Positions 7,561 to 15,319 of a stretch of DNA of 32,000 nucleotides are shown here, one piece after another; the first letter of the stretch is position 1; each line of letters opens with the position of its first letter. Below the pieces are notes generated by a model. That model ran no database searches. It was given only the letters and a program-made list of their open reading frames with translations, and was not told the origin of the DNA. The translations under genes were made by a program, and so were the position numbers. The DNA is from an uncultured bacterium (GTDB lineage Bacteria; Auribacterota; JACPWU01): assembly GCA_964640155.1 (NCBI GenBank), contig CAZXEQ010000001.1:141256-173255 (forward strand), read 5' to 3'.

Positions 7561-8811
7561 TTAATCTACAAATCTCTTTGCGACAAGCGTAGCATTATGT
7601 CCACCAAAACCAAGGGAGTTAGAAAGAGCAACATCTACTTTTAATTGGCGAGCTTGATTTGGAACATAATCTAAATCACAATCTGGATCAGGCGTTTCAT
7701 AATTAATGGTCGGAGGGACAAAACCTTCCTGCATCGCTAAAGCACAAACGATAAGTTCCATAGATCCTGCTGCACCGAGGAGATGCCCCATCATGGATTT
7801 TGTCGAACTGATAGGAACTTTTTTCGCGTAATCTTTAAAAACGCGCTTAATTGCCATTGTCTCGAGCTTATCATTCAAAGCAGTCGAGGTTCCATGTGCA
7901 TTGATATAATCAACGTCTTCTGGATTAAGACCTGCATCATCTAGAGCCATTTTCATGCAGCGTGATGCCCCTTCTCCATCCGGAGCTGGAGCAGTCATAT
8001 GATAAGCATCGCCGGTTAATCCATAACCTACCACTTCACAATAAATTTTAGCTCCTCGTTTCTTTGCATGTTCTAATTCTTCTAACACAAGAATTCCAGC
8101 ACCTTCACCCATCACGAAACCATCGCGATCACGATCAAAGGGACGGCTGGCTCTTTGAGGCTCATCATTGCGTGTAGAAAGTGCGTGCATTGCACAAAAA
8201 CCACCTAATCCTAAATTGGTAATGGCGGCCTCTGCCCCACCTGCAATCATGGCATCTGCATCACCATGAAGAATCAGTCGAGCGGCTTCTCCAACGGCAT
8301 GAGCTGATGTTGCACAAGCAGTCGCAATACAAGAATTTGGGCCACGAGCCCCTGTTTGAATAGAAATTTGTCCCGGTGCCATATTGACAATCAACATAGG
8401 GATTAAAAAAGGAGACATTCGGGAAGGACCTTTTTCCAACATAATCAAATGTTGTTCTTCAACCGTGGTGATTCCACCAATTCCAGAACCCACAAGAACA
8501 CCAATACGCTCTGGATTGGAATTTGGAACATCTAATTTTGCATCTTCCAAAGCCATCTTTGCAGCAACCACAGCAAAACGCACGAAAGGATCCATACGTT
8601 TTAAATCTTTAGGACCAATCCATTTTGAACCATCAAAATTTTTGACTTTGCAAGCAATGCGCGTCTCAAACTTGCTGACATCAAAATCCGTAATCGGAAC
8701 AGCACCACTGCGCCCGTTAACAAGATTATCCCAAAATTCCTTAAGAGTGTTTCCTACAGGAGAAACAACTCCCATTCCTGTAATAACCACTCTTCTGTTT
8801 TTCATGATCAT
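7561..8811 (-). CDS. fabF: 3-oxoacyl-ACP synthase II (FabF)
   Basis: [11 protein letters not shown] active-site Cys. NAHGTST and GHLLGAAG His motifs. The start is probably ATG 8811 (AAGGA 9 nt upstream) rather than the track's TTG at 8844. Confidence 0.9.
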   Translation of the reverse strand: MIMKNRRVVITGMGVVSPVGNTLKEFWDNLVNGRSGAVPITDFDVSKFETRIACKVKNFDGSKWIGPKDLKRMDPFVRFAVVAAKMALEDAKLDVPNSNPERIGVLVGSGIGGITTVEEQHLIMLEKGPSRMSPFLIPMLIVNMAPGQISIQTGARGPNSCIATACATSAHAVGEAARLILHGDADAMIAGGAEAAITNLGLGGFCAMHALSTRNDEPQRASRPFDRDRDGFVMGEGAGILVLEELEHAKKRGAKIYCEVVGYGLTGDAYHMTAPAPDGEGASRCMKMALDDAGLNPEDVDYINAHGTSTALNDKLETMAIKRVFKDYAKKVPISSTKSMMGHLLGAAGSMELIVCALAMQEGFVPPTINYETPDPDCDLDYVPNQARQLKVDVALSNSLGFGGHNATLVAKRFVD

Positions 8812-8863
8812 AATTTTAAATCCTTCAACAGTTCCTAGTTTCAAAACTTGAAACTGTTTTTTG

Positions 8864-8915
8864 AAACAAAAAGGGCATTTCTCACTCTTTTTTAAAAGTC
8901 AGAAGAGAAATGCCC
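8864..8915 (-). terminator. Intrinsic terminator/attenuator between acpP and fabF
   Basis: Perfect 11-bp stem gggcatttctc (8873-8883) / gagaaatgccc (8905-8915). It is followed on the minus-strand RNA by UUUUUGUUU (8872-8864). Starts 12 nt after the acpP stop. Confidence 0.55.
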
Positions 8916-8926
8916 AAATTGATTTA

Positions 8927-9172
8927 TTAAGCGCTTTTTGACTTCTGCCTTGTTTCAATATATTTAACGGCATCGCCAACAGTCTTAAGCTTTTCTGCTT
9001 CTTCATCAGGAATTTCAGCGTCGAACTCTTCTTCAAAGGCCATGACCAGTTCTACTGTATCCAAAGAATCAGCTCCCAAATCTTCCACAAAGGAAGCTTC
9101 AGTAGTTACTTCTTCTGGATTAACCCCCAACTGCTCGACAATAATTTTTTTAACTTTTTCTTCGACTGACAT
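8927..9172 (-). CDS. acpP: Acyl carrier protein
   Basis: 81 aa, acidic. [12 protein letters not shown] phosphopantetheine-attachment Ser motif. GGAGG 8 nt upstream. Confidence 0.95.
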   Translation of the reverse strand: MSVEEKVKKIIVEQLGVNPEEVTTEASFVEDLGADSLDTVELVMAFEEEFDAEIPDEEAEKLKTVGDAVKYIETRQKSKSA

Positions 9173-9246
9173 TCAATGACCCTCCTCTTTTCGCTAAAAT
9201 TTCCTAATAAATTATAGTAACTTTTACTCTTCTATCCTACTCTTTT

Positions 9247-9987
9247 TTATGTGACCAAGCCTCCACAAACTTGCACCACTTGACCATTCACATAACGAGA
9301 CAAATCACTTGAGAGAAACAAAACAACATTTGCAACATCTTGAGCTAAACCGAAACTACCCATGGGAATTTGCTTCAACATCGTCTGCTTAATTTCCTCA
9401 GGTAATTTATCTGTCATTGCTGTTTGAATAAAACCAGGGGCTACTGCATTTACGGTGATCCCCCTTGAAGCGAGTTCTTTGGCAACAGATTTTGTTAAAG
9501 CAATGACACCTGCTTTTGATGCGGCATAGTTGGCCTGCCCTACATTTCCAATGAGACCAATCACTGAAGCAATATTAACAATTCGACCTGAACGATTCTT
9601 CATCATGGGCCGAGCAACTGCTTTTGTGAAGTTGAATGTCCCCTTTAGATTAACATTCAAAACCAAATCCCAATCCTTTTCATCCATCCGGATTAGGAGT
9701 GTATCTCTCGTGATGCCAGCATTGTTCACGAGTATATCAATGGTCGAAAAATTGTCAAGAATTTTGTCCGTCACTTCCTTGACACTTTCAGAGTTGGAAA
9801 CATCTGTCTTATAAAATTCGCTTTTTCTTCCCAAAGCGCGTATTTCTTGAACCGTTTGTAGACCCACTTCTTCATTCGTATCACAAACAGCAACATTCGC
9901 ACCCTCTTTTGCGAAGGTCAAAGAAATGGCTTTGCCTATTCCTTGAGCTGCTCCCGTTACTAATGCATTTTTACCTGATAAAAGCAT
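9247..9987 (-). CDS. fabG: 3-oxoacyl-ACP reductase (FabG)
   Basis: TGAAQGIGKA cofactor motif. NNAG. Ser...YAASK catalytic triad spacing. ATG 9987 with GGAGG 5 nt upstream (the track start is an upstream GTG at 10011). Confidence 0.9.
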   Translation of the reverse strand: MLLSGKNALVTGAAQGIGKAISLTFAKEGANVAVCDTNEEVGLQTVQEIRALGRKSEFYKTDVSNSESVKEVTDKILDNFSTIDILVNNAGITRDTLLIRMDEKDWDLVLNVNLKGTFNFTKAVARPMMKNRSGRIVNIASVIGLIGNVGQANYAASKAGVIALTKSVAKELASRGITVNAVAPGFIQTAMTDKLPEEIKQTMLKQIPMGSFGLAQDVANVVLFLSSDLSRYVNGQVVQVCGGLVT

Positions 9988-10001
9988 GCATACCTCCTTT
10001 A

Positions 10002-10078
10002 TTCGTAACACGTACTGCGTCGTGCGTGATGCGTTTTGATTTTACGCATCACGCAGTACGCACAACGCTTAACGTTTT
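10002..10078. repeat. Heptamer-array hairpin, GCGT flavour (element B)
   Basis: Left units ttcgtaa/cacgtac/tgcgtcg/tgcgtga/tgcgttt (CG at 10004/11/18/25/32). Right units acgcatc/acgcagt/acgcaca/acgctta/acgtttt (CG at 10045/52/59/66/73). 10023-10034 pairs perfectly with 10044-10055 (12 bp). Confidence 0.8.
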
Positions 10079-11002
10079 TTTCAATTCGTCTAAACTTTCC
10101 ACATCTTCCACATGAAACATTTTTGTTTCTGGAGCAATTTTTCTTTGTAAACCAGAGAGAACTTTACCACAACCTACTTCTACAAAGGTATCAAAACCTT
10201 TTTGAATTAAATCTTTTACTCCTTGCTCCCATAAAACAGAATCTGTGACTTGTCGAATCAGAAGATTTTTGATTTCTGAAGGATCACTCACACTTTTCCC
10301 CAACACATTCGAAACAAAAATAGTTTTGGGAGTTTGAATTTCAATATTTTTCAAGAACTGTTCCAAACGATCACGCGCAGATGCCATAAGCGGAGAATGA
10401 AAAGCCCCACTCACTTGAAGTTCAATCGCACGTTTTGCGCCTGCCTTTTTTAATTCCTCAACCGCTTTTTGAATTCCTTCTGGAGTGCCACTGATCACCA
10501 CTTGCCCGGGTGAATTTACATTGGCAACAGTGACGATAGCTTCTTGAGCAACTTTTTGACAAATTTCTCTAATTTTAGATTCTTCAAGACCCAAAATAGA
10601 AGCCATGGTTCCTTTTCTTTCAGAACAGGCTTGTTGCATGTACTGACCTCTAGCCTGAACAACCTTTAAACCTGTTTCAAAACTCATACCTCCTGCCACT
10701 GTTAAAGCTGTAAATTCTCCCAAACTCAAACCTGCTACCCCATCAAAATGAATTTGAGGACATTCATTCTTTAAGACTTCAAAGCATGCAAAACTCATTG
10801 TAAAAATAGCAGGTTGGCAAATACGTGTTTCAGTTAAAGAAGTTTCAGGCCCTTCAAAACATAATTTGGCAAGATCAAAACCTAAAATCTCATTGGCCTT
10901 CAAGAAAATTTTTCGAAATGAGTCGTGTTTTTCAAAGAATTCACGACCCATCCCTATATATTGAGCACCTTGACCAGGGAAAAGAAAAGCTGTTTTCACC
11001 AT
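10049..11002 (-). CDS. fabD: Malonyl-CoA:ACP transacylase (FabD)
   Basis: AFLFPGQGAQ N-terminus. GLSLGE nucleophile elbow (GHSLGE type). Likely start ATG 11002, overlapping the fabH stop (ATGgTGA); the track start is at 11023. Confidence 0.9.
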   Translation of the reverse strand: MVKTAFLFPGQGAQYIGMGREFFEKHDSFRKIFLKANEILGFDLAKLCFEGPETSLTETRICQPAIFTMSFACFEVLKNECPQIHFDGVAGLSLGEFTALTVAGGMSFETGLKVVQARGQYMQQACSERKGTMASILGLEESKIREICQKVAQEAIVTVANVNSPGQVVISGTPEGIQKAVEELKKAGAKRAIELQVSGAFHSPLMASARDRLEQFLKNIEIQTPKTIFVSNVLGKSVSDPSEIKNLLIRQVTDSVLWEQGVKDLIQKGFDTFVEVGCGKVLSGLQRKIAPETKMFHVEDVESLDELKKTLSVVRTA

Positions 11003-11988
11003 TTTATTAAACATCCTCCCCATGTAAACCCAGCCCCAAAGGCAACCAAAAGAACATGGGCCCCCGTTTTCATCTTCCCTTTTCTATTGGCTTCATCTAA
11101 AGCGATGATCACAGACGCAGCCGAAGTATTTCCATAACGATCTACATTGATAAAAATCTTTTCTTCAGGGAAAGAGAGTTTTTTTGCAACAGAATCAATA
11201 ATTCTTTTATTGGCTTGATGGGGAATAAAAAGATCGATGTCTTCCATTTTCAAACCGTATCGTGAAAGGGTTTGAAGCGTCACATTGGACATCATATCAA
11301 TGGCTCTTTTATAAACCTCACGACCTTCCATTCTAATGGAGTGTAATTTTTCATCCACTGTTTGGTGACTGGCAGGCATAAAAGATCCTCCTGCAGGAAC
11401 CTTCAAAGCCTCAGCTCCTCCCCCATCGGAACCCAAAAATCCACCGATGATTTGATGTCCTACAGATCCACTTTTTAAAACAGCAGCGCCTGCACCATCC
11501 CCAAAAAGAATCGCTGTAGATCGATCAGTCCAATCCACCAAACTTGAGATTTTCTCTGCACCAATTACAACAGCGGTTTTATATTGACCACTTTCAAGAA
11601 AATGCTTGGCTGTTTCCAAACCAAAAACAAATCCAGAACAAGCTGCGCTTAAATCAAAACAAGCTGCCCGTGTCGCTCCAATTTTTTGCTGAACCAAACA
11701 AGCCGTAGAAGGACAAAGCATGTCGGGGGTCATCGTCGTCACGATTAAAAGATCTATTTCAGAAGCTTGAATATTCGCTTCTTTTAAAGCTGAGCGAGCT
11801 GCCTCTGCAGCCATATCGGAAGTACTCACATCGGCATCAGCAATTTTTCTTTCTCGAATTCCTGTGCGCTCCACAATCCATTGATCTGATGTTTCTACTA
11901 TTTTTTCAAGATCAGCATTGGTAAGCGTTTTAGAAGGAAGATACACGCCTGTTCCTATAATACACGTCATGTGGGATGTGTCTTTCAT
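10996..11988 (-). CDS. fabH: 3-oxoacyl-ACP synthase III (FabH)
   Basis: AACSGF active-site Cys. HQAN and GNTSAAS motifs. 330 aa. Confidence 0.9.
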   Translation of the reverse strand: MKDTSHMTCIIGTGVYLPSKTLTNADLEKIVETSDQWIVERTGIRERKIADADVSTSDMAAEAARSALKEANIQASEIDLLIVTTMTPDMLCPSTACLVQQKIGATRAACFDLSAACSGFVFGLETAKHFLESGQYKTAVVIGAEKISSLVDWTDRSTAILFGDGAGAAVLKSGSVGHQIIGGFLGSDGGGAEALKVPAGGSFMPASHQTVDEKLHSIRMEGREVYKRAIDMMSNVTLQTLSRYGLKMEDIDLFIPHQANKRIIDSVAKKLSFPEEKIFINVDRYGNTSAASVIIALDEANRKGKMKTGAHVLLVAFGAGFTWGGCLIKW

Positions 11989-11991
11989 GGG

Positions 11992-13032
11992 TTAGTTGTG
12001 AGAAGGTGCTTGAGATTCAAAGGGAAGTGATCTTATCATGCGATCCATCTCATCTTCGATGTGGCGATTAATCTTATTTGAAATTGCTTCTTGTGCCACA
12101 CGAATTGCATTTTTGACGGCTTTCGCATTTGAACGACCGTGAGAAATAATACAAACTCCATCGATACCTAAAAGAGGAGCACCACCATATTCTGCATAAT
12201 CAAAGCGCCGCTTCAAATTTCCAAAAGCATTTTTCATGAGGAGCGCTCCTAGTTTTGATACCCAGGATTGTGCGATGCTTTGTTTCAAAAGATGTTGAAA
12301 AATTCTTGCGCTTCCCTCTATCGATTTTAAAGCAACGTTTCCAATGAATCCATCGGTCACAATAACATCTGCAATATTTCTAAAAAGATCTCTTCCTTCT
12401 ACATTGCCAACAAAATTTAAGGATGTTTTTCTTAAAATTTTAAATGTTTCTTTGCTAAGATGATTTCCCTTCGCCTCTTCTTCTCCTACATTCAAAAGCC
12501 CAATACGTGGATTCTCTTTCTTAAGCATGTATTTTGCATAACACATCCCCATCACAGCAAACTCAATTAAATGATTAGGTTCACAATCTACTGTAGCTCC
12601 TGCATCAATTAAAATATTGGTTCCACCATAAAGATTGGGCATCAGGGTTGCAATGGCAGGCCGATCAATTCCCTTTAAAAATCTTAATTTTAATTTTGTG
12701 GCAGCAACACAAGCTCCCGTATTTCCTGCAGAAACAACAGCATCTGCTTGTCCCTTTTTTACCAATTCAACCGCACGGGCAATAGAAGCATCTTTTTTCT
12801 TGCGAAGACCTGAGACAGGGCTTTCATGCATGTGAATGACTTCAGAGGCATGATGAATATCAATATTGAGGTCTTTTGCTATTTGAGGACTGATAAATTC
12901 ATGAATCCTCTTGGCGTCTCCAACTAAAATCAAACCTTCTTCAACAATGCCCTCTTTGACAGCAAGAATGCACCCTTCAACAACTTCTTTAGGGGCATAA
13001 TCTCCACCCATGGCATCAATGGCAATGCTCAT
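11992..13032 (-). CDS. plsX: Phosphate acyltransferase PlsX
   Basis: 346 aa. IAIDAMGGD N-terminus and SAGNTGA motif typical of PlsX. Canonical position between rpmF and fabH. GAGG Shine-Dalgarno at 13041-13038. Confidence 0.9.
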   Translation of the reverse strand: MSIAIDAMGGDYAPKEVVEGCILAVKEGIVEEGLILVGDAKRIHEFISPQIAKDLNIDIHHASEVIHMHESPVSGLRKKKDASIARAVELVKKGQADAVVSAGNTGACVAATKLKLRFLKGIDRPAIATLMPNLYGGTNILIDAGATVDCEPNHLIEFAVMGMCYAKYMLKKENPRIGLLNVGEEEAKGNHLSKETFKILRKTSLNFVGNVEGRDLFRNIADVIVTDGFIGNVALKSIEGSARIFQHLLKQSIAQSWVSKLGALLMKNAFGNLKRRFDYAEYGGAPLLGIDGVCIISHGRSNAKAVKNAIRVAQEAISNKINRHIEDEMDRMIRSLPFESQAPSHN

Positions 13033-13044
13033 AACAACCTCAAA

Positions 13045-13131
13045 TGAGTTATAAGTTGTAAGTCATAAGTCTTAAGTTAAAAAAAATAAAAAGTACGTCC
13101 GATTGGCCTACTACTTATGACTTATGCTACT
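13045..13131. repeat. Heptamer-array hairpin, TAAGT flavour (element E)
   Basis: Left units tgagtta/taagttg/taagtca/taagtct/taagtta (AGT at 13047/54/61/68/75). Inverted units ctactta/tgactta (ACT at 13113/13120), then degenerate. 13059-13070 pairs perfectly with 13113-13124 (12 bp). Confidence 0.75.
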
Positions 13132-13135
13132 TTCA

Positions 13136-13315
13136 CTAAACCTTAGCGCGAATGACTTCTTGGCCTTTGTAATATCCACAATTAGGGCAAACGCGATGAG
13201 AAAGCTTCGGCTGTTGACAATTCGGACATGGCACCGTTTGAAGCGGTGTATATTTGTAATGTGCCCGAGACTTGTCACGCCTTGATCGGCTATGTCTATT
13301 TGGGGGTAATGCCAT
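13136..13315 (-). CDS. rpmF: 50S ribosomal protein L32
   Basis: 59 aa, below the track cutoff. Hand translation: MALPPNRHSRSRRDKSRAHYKYTPLQTVPCPNCQQPKLSHRVCPNCGYYKGQEVIRAKV. It has the CxxC...CxxC zinc ribbon. GGAGG upstream. Canonical yceD-rpmF-plsX context. Confidence 0.85.
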   Translation of the reverse strand: MALPPNRHSRSRRDKSRAHYKYTPLQTVPCPNCQQPKLSHRVCPNCGYYKGQEVIRAKV

Positions 13316-13453
13316 AAAAACCTCCTTTAAATACGTATCATCATTTAAAAATACTTGGGCGCGATTGTAGCATACGCTTTTAAAATTACCATTAAAAACC
13401 GTCGATCATAGTGCCTGATATGTCGTGCGCAAAAAATGCACACACAAGACGCT

Positions 13454-13936
13454 TCACAATTTTTTAGGTTTTAATTGATCTAACACATCAAATGGACTGC
13501 CCTGAGTGGTTTTTCCCTTCTTTTTTGGCTTTTTACAATGGCAAGAACCCAAATTCAAGTTTTGACCACATTGGGAGCATAAGCCCTTACAGTTTTCACG
13601 ACAAAGAGGTCTTAACGGGAGTCCCATAATAATCTCTTCACGAATAGGGTCCGTAATATCAATCACATCTCGACCTAAAATCTCACAATCGTACGAAAAT
13701 TGCTCGTTTTCAATAGAAAATTCAAAATTTTCCAAACAGTTGCTACAAATAAGTTCCACATGCGTAGCAATTCGGCCAACCACAATTAAATTGCCAGAGA
13801 CCCTAAAAGCACGGACTTCTATTTGAATATTTTCTTCAAACTTCTCACGATCATTCTGAATTTGTAGAATATCAGGAGATTTTTCCCCTTCTAGAAGAAG
13901 GCCTTCCTCTGGAATTCTTTCAATATAAATCTTCAT
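13454..13936 (-). CDS. yceD: YceD/DUF177 family protein (23S rRNA accumulation protein)
   Basis: 160 aa. Position immediately upstream of rpmF. C-terminal Cys cluster (CRENCKGLCSQCGQNLNLGSCHC) typical of the family. Confidence 0.75.
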   Translation of the reverse strand: MKIYIERIPEEGLLLEGEKSPDILQIQNDREKFEENIQIEVRAFRVSGNLIVVGRIATHVELICSNCLENFEFSIENEQFSYDCEILGRDVIDITDPIREEIIMGLPLRPLCRENCKGLCSQCGQNLNLGSCHCKKPKKKGKTTQGSPFDVLDQLKPKKL

Positions 13937-14084
13937 CCTAATTCCTCTAAAACTAAGTATGTCATTCCCGAGTGTTTCTATCGGGAATCCATTTTAAATA
14001 AATCTATTGCCTGTCCACTATGGAGCCATAAACTATTATTTACTAACAAGTCCGTAGTTTATAATACACATCAAGAACTTGTAG

Positions 14085-14144
14085 TACTACAGGGCCGATT
14101 GAAAGTCCTGTCGGACTGTCAGATAAACAACGGCCCTGTCAGTA
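14085..14144 (-). other. GC-rich compound hairpin starting at the coaD stop codon
   Basis: acagggccg (14089-14097) pairs with cggccctgt (14131-14139). Inner stem agtcc/ggact (14104-14108 / 14113-14117). No U-tract follows on the minus-strand RNA. Confidence 0.35.
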
Positions 14145-14621
14145 TTTCCTAAACTTTTGATGAAGTTTCTTTATAACATGTTCTGGAACAAAGGAAGAAA
14201 TATCCCCTCCCATTTTTGAAATTTCCTTGATGATACGAGAGCTTAAATATGAATAGGTTTCATTGGGCATCATAAAAATAGTTTCAACTGAATCACAAAT
14301 TTTTTTATTGGTTAAAGCCATTTGAAATTCAAATTCAAAATCCGAAATAGCTCTTAAACCACGGATCACAACACCAATTTTATTCGTAGAACAATATTCC
14401 ACCAGTAGTCCTGTAAAAGAACTTACCTCAACCCCTGGAATGTCCTGCACAGCTTCCTTTAACATTTCCTGTCTTTCTTGTAATGAAAAAAGAGGATGTT
14501 TCTCCTCATTTTGAGCAACAGCAACAAGCAAAGGGTTAAAGATTTTTGACGCACGACGAATAACGTCTAAATGACCAAATGTCAATGGATCAAAGCTTCC
14601 TGGATAAATAGCTTTTTTCAT
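14139..14621 (-). CDS. coaD: Phosphopantetheine adenylyltransferase (CoaD)
   Basis: YPGSFDPLTFGHLD (HxGH nucleotidyltransferase motif). YLSSRIIKE near the C-terminus. ATG 14621 with GAGG upstream (the track ORF extends to 14660). Confidence 0.9.
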   Translation of the reverse strand: MKKAIYPGSFDPLTFGHLDVIRRASKIFNPLLVAVAQNEEKHPLFSLQERQEMLKEAVQDIPGVEVSSFTGLLVEYCSTNKIGVVIRGLRAISDFEFEFQMALTNKKICDSVETIFMMPNETYSYLSSRIIKEISKMGGDISSFVPEHVIKKLHQKFRKY

Positions 14622-14687
14622 ATTTCCTCTTCTAAAGCTAGTATTGTAAGGGGTGAGCACATGTGAGTAAAGAAAGATTTGTTAAAA

Positions 14688-14754
14688 CAGTAATTCGTAC
14701 ATCGAGTTAGTAGTTCGTTTTTTCGAACTACCAATTGCTAACTACGAATTACGG
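14688..14754. repeat. Heptamer-array hairpin, TARTT flavour (element F)
   Basis: Right units cgaacta/ccaattg/ctaacta/cgaatta (14724-14751). Left units taattcg/tacatcg/agttag/tagttcg (14691-14717). Inner stem is 8 bp around a T6 loop. Outer stem 14690-14699 / 14743-14752. Confidence 0.7.
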
Positions 14755-15319
14755 TTTTGTAAAACGATATTTCAGTTTGACCATACTTTCTTGAATCTTG
14801 TTTCTCTAAGGATCCCCACTTTGTAGGACTTGCCCATCCCGAAGGATGCTCAATGACCAACAGCCCTTCTTTGAATAAAATTTTCTCTATTTTTTCCCAT
14901 AATTCGTTAATCCATGCTTTTTCATAAAGTCGATAAGGAGGATCCGCAAAAACCAATTTAAACTGGCTATTCTTTCTTATCAAAAAATCTAAAGCCCGAA
15001 AAGCATCCAGACATAGAACATTTGCATTTTCAAAATGTAATGTTTCTAAATTAGTTTTTATAATATCTGAAACTTTTCTGTCTTTTTCAACAAAATGAAC
15101 ATGCTGGGCTCCTCGAGACAGAGCTTCTAATCCAAAAGCACCAAATCCGGCATAAAGATCTAAAACAGAAACCCCTTCAACAAAAGCACCCAAAATATTA
15201 AAGATAGCTTCGCGCACACGATCTGCCGTTGGACGAACAGAATTTGTCCCAAGTGTTTTAAGACGATGTCCTCTAGCAATACCTGAAATAATTCTCATAT
15301 TCAATTCCCATTTTTTCAT
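14738..15319 (-). CDS. rsmD: 16S rRNA (guanine966-N2)-methyltransferase RsmD family
   Basis: VLDLYAGFGAFGLEALSRGA SAM-binding motif. FADPPY catalytic motif. The start overlaps the recG stop (ATGA); an alternative ATG lies at 15298. Confidence 0.85.
   Translation of the reverse strand: MKKWELNMRIISGIARGHRLKTLGTNSVRPTADRVREAIFNILGAFVEGVSVLDLYAGFGAFGLEALSRGAQHVHFVEKDRKVSDIIKTNLETLHFENANVLCLDAFRALDFLIRKNSQFKLVFADPPYRLYEKAWINELWEKIEKILFKEGLLVIEHPSGWASPTKWGSLEKQDSRKYGQTEISFYKTVIRS

Noticed and set aside
8384-8851. 155-aa plus-strand ORF in the track
   Set aside because: It is entirely antisense to fabF, which has all the KAS II catalytic motifs. It has no ribosome-binding site and no recognisable protein features. 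This is an antisense-frame artefact.
10052-10072. The peptide LSVVR is encoded both by element B (FabD C-terminus) and by the palindrome at about 1720 in the large ORF
   Set aside because: The underlying nucleotide sequences align poorly (ttaagcgttgtgcgt versus ctttcagtcgttcgc). This is probably coincidence, not evidence that the two structures are the same element.
13416-13452. Possible eighth heptamer element directly after the yceD stop (agcgtct tgtgtgt ... tgcgcacgaca in transcript sense)
   Set aside because: Only about two units are in register, and the stem needs G-U pairs and a bulge. It is too degenerate to call as a feature, and is mentioned only as a possible decayed copy.
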